This document shows, in pieces, positions 41,404 to 50,986 of a DNA stretch of 64,000 bases (its first letter is position 1; each line of letters opens with the position of its first letter). The position numbers and the translations under genes are program-made. Source of the stretch: Synechococcus sp. GTDB lineage: Bacteria; Cyanobacteriota; Cyanobacteriia; PCC-6307; Cyanobiaceae. A model generated the notes under the pieces. It saw nothing but the letters and a program-made list of their open reading frames with translations, searched no databases and had not been told where the DNA came from. The DNA lies in NCBI GenBank assembly GCA_047284725.1, contig JBJBEO010000001.1, positions 2,104,203 through 2,168,202 on the forward strand, in the 5' to 3' direction.

Positions 41404-41565
41404 GTGAAGTGGACGAGCGAGGCGGAAACGGCCCTGAAGGAAGTGCCTTTTTTTGTGCGACCAGCGGTTCGCAGACGCATCGAAGCGATGGCCCAGGAAT
41501 CGGGTCTGGAGTGTATCGAGGAGTCCTTCTACACCGCAGCAAAAGCACAATTCAGCCAACGTTGA
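41404..41565 (+). CDS. PCP_red-like (ChlB C-terminal domain-like) 53-aa protein
   Basis: Manual translation: MKWTSEAETALKEVPFFVRPAVRRRIEAMAQESGLECIEESFYTAAKAQFSQR. Below the ORF-track cutoff. Confidence 0.85.
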   Translation: MKWTSEAETALKEVPFFVRPAVRRRIEAMAQESGLECIEESFYTAAKAQFSQR

Positions 41566-41570
41566 TTCCC

Positions 41571-41765
41571 ATGGGTAGGCCTCGAAACCCAAGATCCGTT
41601 CTTGACGTCACACGCAAGCCGCGCCTACCCATGCTCACCGCCCTGGGAGGCCTCGTCGGGCTCAGCGTTCTGGCGCGCCCAAGTGCGCTGATCACCTTCG
41701 GGCTGGTGGCACTGGCGGGCAGTCTGAACTGCAGACGACAGCCCCACGGGCAGACCATGCGGTAA
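41571..41765 (+). CDS. Small hydrophobic hypothetical protein
   Basis: ATG 5 nt after the upstream stop, 64 aa with two short hydrophobic stretches. Confidence 0.45.
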   Translation: MGRPRNPRSVLDVTRKPRLPMLTALGGLVGLSVLARPSALITFGLVALAGSLNCRRQPHGQTMR

Positions 41766-41793
41766 AAGGGAGGACAATTGTGTTTGCTCCTCC

Positions 41794-41994
41794 ATGTCGC
41801 AGTCAAAGCGCGAACAGGTGGTCAGCCATCTGCGCTACATCCGTCAAGAACTGCGGGAAATGCATCAGGGCGTGATGGAAGATGGTCTCCTGCCGGAAGC
41901 CGGTGAAGTCCGAGGAGTGATGGCTCAGATGGAGGCACTCCTGGAGCTGCTCGAAGGCAAAGGGTCCCGCAAGGCCAAGGCTGAAGCCAAGTAG
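41794..41994 (+). CDS. Small helical hypothetical protein
   Basis: MSQSKREQVVSHLRYIRQELREMHQGVMEDGLLPEAGEVRGVMAQMEALLELL, host-like codon usage, followed by a hairpin. Confidence 0.75.
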   Translation: MSQSKREQVVSHLRYIRQELREMHQGVMEDGLLPEAGEVRGVMAQMEALLELLEGKGSRKAKAEAK

Positions 41995-42001
41995 TTCCGC
42001 A

Positions 42002-42036
42002 GCCCCCCTTGCCAAGTGGCGAGGGGCACGGTTTTG
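42002..42036 (+). terminator. Putative terminator hairpin
   Basis: CCCCTTGCCA-AG-TGGCGAGGGG stem with GTTTT shortly after. Confidence 0.55.
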
Positions 42037-42122
42037 TAGAGGCATCCAACGGATTGGATCGAAACGACCAGGTCTGATTGGTTGTCTCAGAGCACTACCC
42101 GTAGCAGAGATTCACTGCAGAA

Positions 42123-42209
42123 ACACCAGAAATGGTGTATACAAGGGCTGGCAGGGCACCGGGTCGGGTGATGGGGATCGTCGGCTGCAAACCCTGCCTC
42201 TTTTTCTTT
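42123..42209 (+). ncRNA. Candidate structured small RNA
   Basis: ACACCA-GAAA-TGGTGT hairpin. GGCAGGG (42150-42156) and CCCTGCC (42192-42198) form a closing stem around an inner hairpin with a GGGG loop, followed by TCTTTTTCTTT. Confidence 0.4.
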
Positions 42210-42247
42210 CAGCGACCAGCGACACCATCACCTGCTGAGTCGAGACG

Positions 42248-42589
42248 ATGACGCACCGTTATCAGGCCACGAGACTTCAGTTGAGCCTGGGTGATTGGTG
42301 GGGGGGACTGAACCGTTGGGCCACCAACCCCTGGCGCAGGGCGTCCCTCCTGGTGATTGCGGTTCTTTCCAGCTTTTTGATCGGCAGCTCAGTGGGATCG
42401 ATCGCTGGTGCGAGCGGATTGATGGATCCCGTCGCAGCACTGCTCACGGTGATGCTGTGGGAACTGCTGGTGCGGCTACGACGGCCTTGGCCCCAGCGGC
42501 CAGACATGAAGCTTGGCCTGCAACTCCTCGATATGGTTCGCATCGGCTTGATCTACGGCCTGCTGCTGGAGGGTTTCAAGATGCTGTAA
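42248..42589 (+). CDS. DUF565/Ycf20-like membrane protein
   Basis: QATRL, NPWRR, RIGLIYGLLLEGFK pattern. Confidence 0.85.
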   Translation: MTHRYQATRLQLSLGDWWGGLNRWATNPWRRASLLVIAVLSSFLIGSSVGSIAGASGLMDPVAALLTVMLWELLVRLRRPWPQRPDMKLGLQLLDMVRIGLIYGLLLEGFKML

Positions 42590-42743
42590 GGCAGCCAAGG
42601 CACGCGCATCACGGCAGGACTGGAGTGCACGAAGCGCATTGAATCGAGCCTGAATCGGAATCAAATCGGCAGTTTCAAGCCAACGCGGCCACCACGAAAG
42701 AACGTCCATACCCTTCGAGTAGGGACCGTTGCGAGATGCAGCC

Positions 42744-44255
42744 ATGGCCGCAGAGCATTTCTTCCTTGAACTGGAGCCTCCGGAAGAGCATCTGCGTCAT
42801 GCCCCCCACGTGGTGATTGTGGGGGGAGGGTTCTCAGGGGTGCGGGCTTGCAAAGCTCTGGCCCACGCCAACGTGCGCATCACCCTGATCGACAAGCGCA
42901 ACTTCAACCTGTTTCAGCCACTCCTTTATCAGGTGGCCACAGGCCTGGTGTCACGAGGCGATGTCGCCACGCCGCTGCGGCAGCTGGTGGGAAAGCAACG
43001 CAATGTGCAGGTTCTGCTGGGGGAGGTGACGCAGGTGCATGCCGACAACCGGCAGATCGTGTTCAACGGCAAGGCCTACAGCTACGACCATCTCGTGCTG
43101 GCCACAGGCTCCGGCAGCACGTTCTTTGGGCATGAGCAATGGCGCACCTTCGCACCACCGATGAAGATTCTCGAGCATGCAGAGGAGATTCGTCGTCGGC
43201 TGCTGATGGCGATCGAACAGGCGGAACAATCTCCAGATCCAGCCGCACGAGAGTTTCTGCAGACCGTCGTGATCGTGGGCGGCGGCCCCACCGGCTGCGA
43301 AATGGCCGGTGCCGTGTCGGAACTGATGCGCAACGCCATGCGGCGTGACTTCAAACAATTGGATCCCGCCAAAACCAGGATTGTGTTGGTGGATCCAGGC
43401 GAACGCCTGTTGAAGGCCATGCCAGCAACGCTCTCCACCGCTGCCCAGGCCAGCCTGGAGAAGCTGGGGGTGGAAATGCAATTCAATGCCAGGGTGCAAA
43501 CGATGCAGCCAGGCGAAGTGACGATGAGTACCCCCGATGGTGACCGCCGCATCCAGGCCGCCACTGTGATCTGGACAGCGGGTGTGCGCCCTTCCCACCT
43601 GGGGAAACAGCTGGCGGAATCGATCGACTGCGAGCTGGATCGCGCCAACAGGGTGGTGGTGGAAGCGGATTTCACGATCAAGGGACATCCCGAAATCCGC
43701 GTGGTGGGGGATCTTTGCTGCTATCGCCACACCAGCAGCGGCGAACCTTTGCCGGGCATGGCTGGACCTGCCACCCAGGCCGGAGGTTTTGTGGGCAAAG
43801 ACATCGCTGCGCTTGTCAGCGGCAGCCGCCGCCCCAGGTTCAAGTGGTTCGACTTCGGCAGCATGGCTGTGCTCGACAGGGTGGATGCGGTCGCCGATCT
43901 ACGCGGACTCAAGTTCAGCGGCAGCGTTGGTTGGCTGCTCTGGGCCATGGCCCACCTGGCCTTCATGCCTGAGCGGGAGAGCCGCTGGAGCTTGCTGATG
44001 AAGTGGATGTTTGCCGTGATCTCACAAAAACGAGCCTCGATGCTGCTCACCGGGATGCCAAGTCAGCACATCGGACTCGATGCCCCCGATGCCCCCTTCC
44101 CCATGCAAACCGGATCCAGACCTTCGATCGCGGCGCCGGATGCTGCCCTGAAGGCAGCGATGGACTACTACTCGAATCAGATGTCAGGCCAAAGGGATCA
44201 GACCGAAGCACTGAGCGAAGGTTCTGCAGGTGATTCCACCGCTGCCATCAAATAA
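42744..44255 (+). CDS. Type II NAD(P)H dehydrogenase (NDH-2)
   Basis: [55 protein letters not shown] at 42744. Confidence 0.92.
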   Translation: MAAEHFFLELEPPEEHLRHAPHVVIVGGGFSGVRACKALAHANVRITLIDKRNFNLFQPLLYQVATGLVSRGDVATPLRQLVGKQRNVQVLLGEVTQVHADNRQIVFNGKAYSYDHLVLATGSGSTFFGHEQWRTFAPPMKILEHAEEIRRRLLMAIEQAEQSPDPAAREFLQTVVIVGGGPTGCEMAGAVSELMRNAMRRDFKQLDPAKTRIVLVDPGERLLKAMPATLSTAAQASLEKLGVEMQFNARVQTMQPGEVTMSTPDGDRRIQAATVIWTAGVRPSHLGKQLAESIDCELDRANRVVVEADFTIKGHPEIRVVGDLCCYRHTSSGEPLPGMAGPATQAGGFVGKDIAALVSGSRRPRFKWFDFGSMAVLDRVDAVADLRGLKFSGSVGWLLWAMAHLAFMPERESRWSLLMKWMFAVISQKRASMLLTGMPSQHIGLDAPDAPFPMQTGSRPSIAAPDAALKAAMDYYSNQMSGQRDQTEALSEGSAGDSTAAIK

Positions 44256-45244
44256 AGCAGGGCCATGCGCACCGGCACGCCGTTGCGCACCTGCTCCTCC
44301 ACCAAACAGCAGGCGGTGTCATCCAACAAGGCACCGCTCATCTCCACACCACGGTTCACCGGACCGGGATGCAACACCGGCACCAGGCCTCGACAACGCT
44401 GAAGCCGCTGATGGCTGAGCCCGAAATCGCGGTGATAGCGAGCGAGATCGGTAAGCAGGTGCTGGCTCATGCGCTCCTTCTGCAAACGGAGTGTCATCAC
44501 CGCATCGACATCTCCAAGAGCATCATCCAGGTCACGGACGACGCTGACGCGACCACGACAGGAGACAGGATCCGACATCTGGCCCGGCGGAGGCGCCTGC
44601 ACAAAGGCCGCAAATGCGTCTGGCACCAAACTCGGAGGCCCACAGAGCACAACATCCACGCCGCAGGCGGTGAGAGCCCAGAGGTTGGAGCGAGCCACAC
44701 GGGAATGGAGGATGTCGCCCACGATCAGCAACCGCTTGCCCTGCAGGGCATCGATCGAAGCGTGCTCAGGGTCGAAATAGCGCACCAGGGTGTAGAGGTC
44801 CAGCAACCCCTGACTGGGGTGGCTGTGCAAGCCATCACCTCCATTGAGCACCATGGTGCGTTCGCCGGAGGCCTCGAGGGCTTCCGCTAATTGCTGGGGA
44901 ACACTGGTGTTCTGGTGCCGCACCACCAACATGTCGGCCCCCATGGCGACGTAGGTGCGTGCGGTATCCAGAAGAGATTCCCCCTTGCTCAGGGAGCTGC
45001 TGCCAGGCGAAAAACTCTGAACATCAGCCGACAACCGTTTGGCCGCCAACTCAAAACTGCTGCGGGTACGGGTGCTGGGCTCAAAAAACAAGGTGGCGAC
45101 AAGCCGCCCTTGCAGCGCCGGCAATTTGCGAGCACCGGTGAGGGGCATCGAGCCGAAGCGATGGGCCAACTCCAGCACCATCGCGTAATCGTCGCGGGAA
45201 AAGCTGGCCAGATCGAGGATGTGGCGATGGCTCCAGGTGCTCAT
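44198..45244 (-). CDS. pyrB: Aspartate carbamoyltransferase catalytic subunit
   Basis: [54 protein letters not shown]. Confidence 0.97.
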   Translation of the reverse strand: MSTWSHRHILDLASFSRDDYAMVLELAHRFGSMPLTGARKLPALQGRLVATLFFEPSTRTRSSFELAAKRLSADVQSFSPGSSSLSKGESLLDTARTYVAMGADMLVVRHQNTSVPQQLAEALEASGERTMVLNGGDGLHSHPSQGLLDLYTLVRYFDPEHASIDALQGKRLLIVGDILHSRVARSNLWALTACGVDVVLCGPPSLVPDAFAAFVQAPPPGQMSDPVSCRGRVSVVRDLDDALGDVDAVMTLRLQKERMSQHLLTDLARYHRDFGLSHQRLQRCRGLVPVLHPGPVNRGVEMSGALLDDTACCLVEEQVRNGVPVRMALLYLMAAVESPAEPSLSASV

Positions 45245-45864
45245 GGCAGCTCACCTCCATCCGGGCTCCAGCAGCCGTCGCGCGCTGGGAGGCGATCTCC
45301 TTTGGCCCGCTTGCTGACGCTACGGCTGGCCTGGAGATACCAACGCCAGGGCAGCTCCTGGCCCTGCGTAATTCCGATCCGAGTGGTGGTCACAAGCGCG
45401 GGTTGCTCGAGGGCAGCTGGCCGCGGCGCCAGCCACAACTCATTCTCACCACACACGGAAGCTCTGTCATGGAGGCGGTCAATCCCAAAACGTCGGGCCA
45501 GCAATCCGGGGCCAGCCGCCACACGCTCGGACTCACCTGACAAGGCAGCAGCCCGGAGCAGCACACCATTGGCCCAATCAGCCTTGTGGGTGACCACATT
45601 CACGCAGTGGTGAATGCCGTAGCTCACATACACATAAAACCGCCCTGGCTCACCAAACAGGGTTTCGTTCTGCGGTGAACGGCGGCGATAGCCGTGGCAC
45701 GCGGGGTCATCCTGCGAATACGCCTCCGTTTCCACAATCACGCCCCAAAGCAGGCTGCCGTCTGTTTGGCGTTTCACCAACCTGCAGCCAATCAACTCAG
45801 GGGCAACGACCTCTGCAGGGCGGCAGAAGAAGGCGTGGGGCAGCGATTGGAGGCTTCCCAACAT
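45241..45864 (-). CDS. mpg: DNA-3-methyladenine glycosylase (MPG family)
   Basis: [40 protein letters not shown]. Start uncertain. Confidence 0.92.
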   Translation of the reverse strand: MLGSLQSLPHAFFCRPAEVVAPELIGCRLVKRQTDGSLLWGVIVETEAYSQDDPACHGYRRRSPQNETLFGEPGRFYVYVSYGIHHCVNVVTHKADWANGVLLRAAALSGESERVAAGPGLLARRFGIDRLHDRASVCGENELWLAPRPAALEQPALVTTTRIGITQGQELPWRWYLQASRSVSKRAKGDRLPARDGCWSPDGGELP

Positions 45865-46155
45865 CGATGGAGCAAGCCACGGAGGAGTCAACAATCTCGC
45901 GGAGCCAATCAAACCCTGTTGACACAAACACTCCCAACGCGGGCCATGGGACTCCACCGAGAAAAGCGCTGACATCCATTTTCTCGAACAGGAACAGTGC
46001 TTTCTTGATGGGAAAGCGCTCAGGCATTGTTTCTCCCTTCAGTTCGCCTCCGGTCGCGTGGAGTTCTGGCCCAGGCTGCTGACCCTCGGCCGGCAGCCTG
46101 GGAAACGACACCGATACGCACAATCTGCTTGGCTGGACGTGGCTGGTTCACCACC

Positions 46156-46947
46156 ATGCTGCGGCAACTCCCCCCTCCTCTGAAACGGCAACTGCGGCGG
46201 GCAGGTTGCCAAGCGATGGCCCATTGGCGCCGCTACCCCAGCAAGCGGCAGCTCAGACAGTGGCAGCTGGATACGAAGACTGCAGAAGCCTTCACGGCCC
46301 ACGCTGGCCTGTGGCAAAGCATCAGCACACCTGTTCCTCAACGAGGCGATGCCACCATCTGCGCCAATCGGCGCCACAACCTGCAACTGGCCATCAGCGC
46401 TCTCAACAACCGGCTGATCCTTCCAGGCACCAGCTTCAGCCTCTCCCAGCAGCTCGGCGAACCAACGGAATCTGCTGGCTACCGCGCTGGACCGGTGTTC
46501 GTTCGAGGCGAAGTGCTCAGAGACACAGGCGGAGGCCTTTGCCTGATTGCGACCAACCTCTATCAACTCTTTCTTCACGCAGGCTGTCGCATCCTTGAGC
46601 GCCACAATCACAGCATCGATGCCTACGGCGAAGAGCGCTTCTACCCCCTTGGGGAAGACGCCGCCATCTCCTACACCACCAAGGACATGGCGATCCGCAA
46701 TTCCTTTCGCCAACCGATGCTGCTCCGCATCAGCTTGTTGGAGCATGCAGTGCGCAGCGAACTGCTCGGACCGGGCAGTCGGCCTTTGCAGACCTTCATT
46801 GAGTCGACCGTGCTGGAACGGCTCATGCCATCAACGACACAACACCTTTCTGGCTGGCATGTGAGCACCAGTCGTTTCATCCAGCAACCATCGCAGACCA
46901 GATGGCGGCAGGACTACCAATCCTTCAGTCACTATCAACCCTGCTGA
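46156..46947 (+). CDS. VanW-like domain protein
   Basis: NRRHNLQLA, LILPG.SFS...LG, GY, GGGLCLIATNLY, ERHNHS, G.DAAI...D.AIRN. ATG at 46156 inferred. Confidence 0.8.
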   Translation: MLRQLPPPLKRQLRRAGCQAMAHWRRYPSKRQLRQWQLDTKTAEAFTAHAGLWQSISTPVPQRGDATICANRRHNLQLAISALNNRLILPGTSFSLSQQLGEPTESAGYRAGPVFVRGEVLRDTGGGLCLIATNLYQLFLHAGCRILERHNHSIDAYGEERFYPLGEDAAISYTTKDMAIRNSFRQPMLLRISLLEHAVRSELLGPGSRPLQTFIESTVLERLMPSTTQHLSGWHVSTSRFIQQPSQTRWRQDYQSFSHYQPC

Positions 46948-46971
46948 GCCAGCCACGGATCGGAGTCGACG

Positions 46972-47694
46972 ATGCCTGCAGCCCAGACACCCAGTCACAT
47001 TCAGGCACGGCGCGACCTGGCCTTCCTTGTGTTGGCGGGGTTGTTTCTCGGCACTTTGGGGATGCTCAACATCCTTGGCCTGACGCGCTTTCTGCAACTC
47101 GGGAGCATCGGCTCCTGGCCGATAGTGGTCGCTGTCGGTGCCCTTCCCTATCCGATCACGTTTCTCTGCACAGACCTGATCAGCGAACTCTGGGGGGAGG
47201 AACGGGCGACCCAGGTTGTGTGGGTAGGGCTGCTGCTGAATGGCTGGGTGGTGCTGATTCTCTGGCTCGGGGGCCTGATGCCGGGCCTGAGTGGTGCTCC
47301 GGATTCCACCTTTTTTGAGATCCAACGGCTCGCCTTTGGGTCGGTGGGTGCCTCCATGGCGGCCTACCTCACTGCCCAGTTTGTGGATGTCAGGCTCTTC
47401 CATTTCTGGAAACAACGCACCGACGGTCAGGCGCTGTGGCTGCGCAACAACGGCTCCACCTTGGTGAGCCAACTGGTCGACACCAGTGCGGTGGTGCTGA
47501 TCAGCCATTACGCCGCCCATGTGCTGCCGGTCCGCGCCGACGAGCCCGTGTTGCCCCAACTGGGGGCCTTCATCGCCAGCGGTTATCTGTTCAAAGCACT
47601 GGCCGCCCTAGCCGACACCCTGCCGTTCATTTGGCTCACTGCCTGGCTGAGGCGCTACCTGGAGGTGCCAGGCGAGGGCGCCGAGATCGGCTGA
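46972..47694 (+). CDS. yhhQ: Queuosine precursor transporter (YhhQ/DUF165 family)
   Basis: YPITFLCTDLISELWG, AYLTAQFVDV, LWLRNNGSTLVSQLVDT, multi-TM. Confidence 0.88.
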   Translation: MPAAQTPSHIQARRDLAFLVLAGLFLGTLGMLNILGLTRFLQLGSIGSWPIVVAVGALPYPITFLCTDLISELWGEERATQVVWVGLLLNGWVVLILWLGGLMPGLSGAPDSTFFEIQRLAFGSVGASMAAYLTAQFVDVRLFHFWKQRTDGQALWLRNNGSTLVSQLVDTSAVVLISHYAAHVLPVRADEPVLPQLGAFIASGYLFKALAALADTLPFIWLTAWLRRYLEVPGEGAEIG

Positions 47695-47802
47695 TCGCAA
47701 CGTCCAGTCGCCACGCAGCAGCACGAACAGTGACGATCAGCCGACCAAGTCGGGCTAAACGCTCCTGCCTTGGCAAGCTTGATGCCATCAGCCCTTCATT
47801 CC

Positions 47803-47946
47803 ATGGACGCCGCCCTCTCCGGCTTCAATCTCGGCACCGTGCTGCTGTTCGGCTGCGGCCTGTTTGTGCTGGCCACCCTCTATTTCGGAACACGGGGCGG
47901 TTACTACAACACCGACAACTACGACGGCAACGGCACCGCCCACTGA
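47803..47946 (+). CDS. ndhP: NDH-1 small subunit NdhP
   Basis: Manual translation: MDAALSGFNLGTVLLFGCGLFVLATLYFGTRGGYYNTDNYDGNGTAH (47 aa; TM plus the FGT.GG.Y.TD.Y.GNG.AH tail). Confidence 0.85.
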   Translation: MDAALSGFNLGTVLLFGCGLFVLATLYFGTRGGYYNTDNYDGNGTAH

Positions 47947-47997
47947 TCCGCAGCCCGACCAAAGCTGAGCGATCATCAAGACAACGACTCGCTCGGC

Positions 47998-48786
47998 ATG
48001 CCCTCAACCCTGCCCGGAGCTGCTGCAAGCACCGATGCCATACGCCTCGCCCTGCGCAGCTGGCCTGAGGTGGATGACTACCTTGAGCAATGCAAAGGCG
48101 TGATCATTCCGCTTGGCTCCACCGAACAACATGGCCCCACCGGGGCCATCGGCACCGATGCCATCACCGCAGAAGCCGTGGCCCTCGAGCTCGGCCGTCA
48201 AAGTGGCGTGCTGGTGACGCCTGCCCAGGCCTTCGGTATGGCCGAACATCATCTCGGTTTCGCCGGCACCATGAGTCTGCAGCCGAGCACGCTGCTGGCA
48301 GTGCTGCATGATCTGGTTCTGTCCCTGGCCACCCATGGTTTCGAGCGGATCTTTGTGGTGAACGGCCATGGCGGCAACATCGCCACCACCAAAGCCGCCT
48401 TCGCTCAGGCCTATGGCACTGCCAGCAGCCGCGGACTGGCCGTTGCTCCGCAGCTGCGCTGCAGATTGTCAAACTGGTTCATGGCGGGGCCAGTGATGAA
48501 GCAGGCCCGCGAGCTATACGGCGACCGCGAAGGCCAGCATGCCACCCCCAGCGAGATCGCTCTCACCCTGCATTTGCACGGGTGCTTGGTCGAGAAGCAG
48601 CGCCCACTGCCAGAGCCAGCTCCATGCGGTGCCATCCATGGCCCGGCGGATTTCCGGCGCCGCCATCCTGATGGCCGCATGGGCTCCGATCCCTTTCTCG
48701 CCAAAGCGGAACACGGAGCTCAGTTCCTCAGCATGGCGGCGTCGGCGTTGCGCGATGATCTGGCAACGTTCCTCGCCGCCGCATGA
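47998..48786 (+). CDS. Creatininase/creatinine amidohydrolase family protein
   Basis: [36 protein letters not shown]. Confidence 0.9.
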   Translation: MPSTLPGAAASTDAIRLALRSWPEVDDYLEQCKGVIIPLGSTEQHGPTGAIGTDAITAEAVALELGRQSGVLVTPAQAFGMAEHHLGFAGTMSLQPSTLLAVLHDLVLSLATHGFERIFVVNGHGGNIATTKAAFAQAYGTASSRGLAVAPQLRCRLSNWFMAGPVMKQARELYGDREGQHATPSEIALTLHLHGCLVEKQRPLPEPAPCGAIHGPADFRRRHPDGRMGSDPFLAKAEHGAQFLSMAASALRDDLATFLAAA

Positions 48787-49076
48787 GCAAGATCAACGCC
48801 GACGACGTGCGCAAGGTGGCCAAGCTGGCCCGCCTCGACCTGCAGGAAGACACCATTGCCACTTACACAGGCCAGCTGGAAAGGATTCTGGATTACGTCG
48901 ATCAGCTGCAAGCGGTCGACACTGAAGGCGTGCCTCCCACCACCCGTGCCGTCGAAGTGGTGAACGTCACTCGCGCCGACACGGTGGTGCCAACCGACGT
49001 GCGTGAAGACCTGCTCGATCAAGCACCTCAGCGGGAGGGCGACTTCTTCCGTGTTCCCAAAATCATGGCCGAATGA
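48783..49076 (+). CDS. gatC: Asp/Glu-tRNA amidotransferase subunit C
   Basis: [10 protein letters not shown]...[12 protein letters not shown]...FFRVPKI. Confidence 0.95.
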   Translation: MSKINADDVRKVAKLARLDLQEDTIATYTGQLERILDYVDQLQAVDTEGVPPTTRAVEVVNVTRADTVVPTDVREDLLDQAPQREGDFFRVPKIMAE

Positions 49077-49132
49077 ACCAGACGCACGACCAGGCCACCT
49101 TTCCATCGCAGCATTGCGATGGAAAGGTGTGT

Positions 49133-50155
49133 TCAGTGAGGTCGACGCCTTGGGGTCACGGCTGTGCGCTGAAGCAATCCCATCCAGCCCCGACGCATGC
49201 GAGCGCTCGGCATCACACGCGCCAAGCGGCGCATCTTGCTTCCGTGGGGCTTGTGGCTGCGAACCCCCAGGAAGATGTCGTAGAGAAAATTGACCAGATC
49301 TGAGCCGGTCTCAAACAGCCCCAGTCGCTGTGGTGAGCCTTTGGCATCAAGCAACGGTTTGGTGGCTTCATAGGCGGGTTTGTACTCAAACCACGGAATC
49401 GAAGGCCAGAGGTGATGAACGAGGTGGTAGTTCTGCCCCATGATCAACCAATTCATGGTGCGCCCTGGATAAATGCGGGCGTTCTGCCAGCGATTGCGTG
49501 ACAGAAACGGTCGGTGCGGCAGGTAATCGAAGAACAGGCCAAGGGTGACCCCCACCATCAGGGCCGGAGCGAACCAGCAGTTGAAAATGAAAGGCAGGAA
49601 ATCGAAACGCACAGCCGCCACCACCACGGTGACGAACAGAGCGCGTTCCAACCCCCACTGCAGCAGCTCCCAGCGCTTCCAGAGCTTCCGCCGGAAGAAA
49701 AAGAACTCGTGATAGAAAAACCGAGGAGCGATCAACCACAGCGGACCGAAGGTGCTCACGATGTGGTCGGGATCGTTCTTCGGATCATTCACGTGGGAAT
49801 GATGCTGCAGGTGCACCCTGGTAAACACGGGAAAACTGAAGCCCAGCAGGAGCGCGGAGCCATGACCCATGGCTTGGTTGATCCAGGGAACGGGATGGGC
49901 TGCCTTGTGGCACGCGTCGTGCACAACCGTGCCCTCCAGATGCAGAGCCAGAAAACCAGTAGCCAGGAGCACTCGCAGATCCCAACCGCCCACAAACCAG
50001 CCCCAGATCGTGATCACCGCCAGGGCATAGCCGCCCAAAAACAACCCCACCGTGGGATTCCAGGGGCTTGGGGGATCAAGAAACTCCTTCGGAACGGAAC
50101 GCAACCGCTGTCCTGCGGAAGGGGCAGTGACGGCAGCAGCGGGTGCAGAGGTCAT
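49133..50155 (-). CDS. crtR: Beta-carotene hydroxylase (fatty-acid desaturase fold)
   Basis: His boxes HDACH, HLQHH and HLVHH, plus FDYLPHRPF. ATG at 50155. Confidence 0.92.
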   Translation of the reverse strand: MTSAPAAAVTAPSAGQRLRSVPKEFLDPPSPWNPTVGLFLGGYALAVITIWGWFVGGWDLRVLLATGFLALHLEGTVVHDACHKAAHPVPWINQAMGHGSALLLGFSFPVFTRVHLQHHSHVNDPKNDPDHIVSTFGPLWLIAPRFFYHEFFFFRRKLWKRWELLQWGLERALFVTVVVAAVRFDFLPFIFNCWFAPALMVGVTLGLFFDYLPHRPFLSRNRWQNARIYPGRTMNWLIMGQNYHLVHHLWPSIPWFEYKPAYEATKPLLDAKGSPQRLGLFETGSDLVNFLYDIFLGVRSHKPHGSKMRRLARVMPSARMRRGWMGLLQRTAVTPRRRPH

Positions 50156-50211
50156 CGGAAGACGCAGCCTTCTCAACATGTCACAGGCACTTGACCCTAG
50201 TGAAAGTGCTA

Positions 50212-50293
50212 TGCCCACCGGGGGACTTGAACCCCCACGACCGAAGCCACTGGTACCTAAAACCAGCGCGTCTACCAATTCCGCCAGGTGGGC
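50212..50293 (-). tRNA. tRNA-Leu (TAG)
   Basis: Minus strand: GCCCACC TGGCGGAATTGGTAGACGC, CTGGT-TTTAGGT-ACCAG, long variable arm, GGTTCAAGTCC, GGTGGGC-A. Confidence 0.97.
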
Positions 50294-50348
50294 AGAAGCA
50301 AGACTTTAGGCATTTGCCCAGAATGAAGGGACCCTGGCGACCGCTTGC

Positions 50349-50960
50349 ATGCTGGCAACCCTCACCGGAGATCTCTGCCTGCTGGTGGGCTTGGCGGTGC
50401 TGCTCCTTCCCCTCCTGGCCACTGAACTGAGTCGTCCCCGTGATGGGGTCTGGGGTGCGGTGGTGCTGCTGTTAGGTCTGGTGCTGGTCACCAGCAACGA
50501 CAGACTACGCGGCGCCCCGATGCTTGCCGTCGCCTGTGGTGCCCTTGTCATTGGGCGTCTCGGCAGTGAAGTCGCCCAGGCGCGCTGGCAACAGCTCAGC
50601 CTCGACGAACAGCAACGACTGGGCTCCCGTGAGCGCTGGACCAGCAGCCTGCAACAACTGATCACAGCCTTGGCCAGCCTGAGCAGCAGTACCGGCAGCG
50701 TGATGGCCAGCTTGAAAGCTCCGGCCCAGACCCCACCTGTCAGGGAAGGCGCGAGCCGATCCGGCAAACGCTGGGTCAGGCCCGAAGCACCTGCAATCCC
50801 AACACGATCCGAGGCAGAGCCAGCAGAGGGACCAGCTGCAGAGTCCACCCCTGCAGAGACAGCTGAAGCGCCCCTGCAGCAGCCAATGTCACCATCCCGC
50901 GAACCCCAAGCGACTGACAATCCGGATACTGCTCCTCCGACAGGCACCGGCCAGGACTGA
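50349..50960 (+). CDS. Ycf66-like membrane protein
   Basis: Three N-terminal TMs with ELSRPRD...DRL.GAP, and a Pro/Glu-rich tail. Confidence 0.75.
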   Translation: MLATLTGDLCLLVGLAVLLLPLLATELSRPRDGVWGAVVLLLGLVLVTSNDRLRGAPMLAVACGALVIGRLGSEVAQARWQQLSLDEQQRLGSRERWTSSLQQLITALASLSSSTGSVMASLKAPAQTPPVREGASRSGKRWVRPEAPAIPTRSEAEPAEGPAAESTPAETAEAPLQQPMSPSREPQATDNPDTAPPTGTGQD

Positions 50961-50986
50961 TAATCCCGGTTGCTGCAGCGCCACCT

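Noticed and set aside
41307..42250. tRNA-anchored integrative element or prophage at tRNA-Ala or tRNA-Leu
   Set aside because: I found no integrase and no duplicated tRNA 3' end (att repeat) in the window.
46948..46971. preQ1 riboswitch ahead of yhhQ
   Set aside because: The gap is only 24 nt, with no A-rich tail or preQ1 stem-loop.
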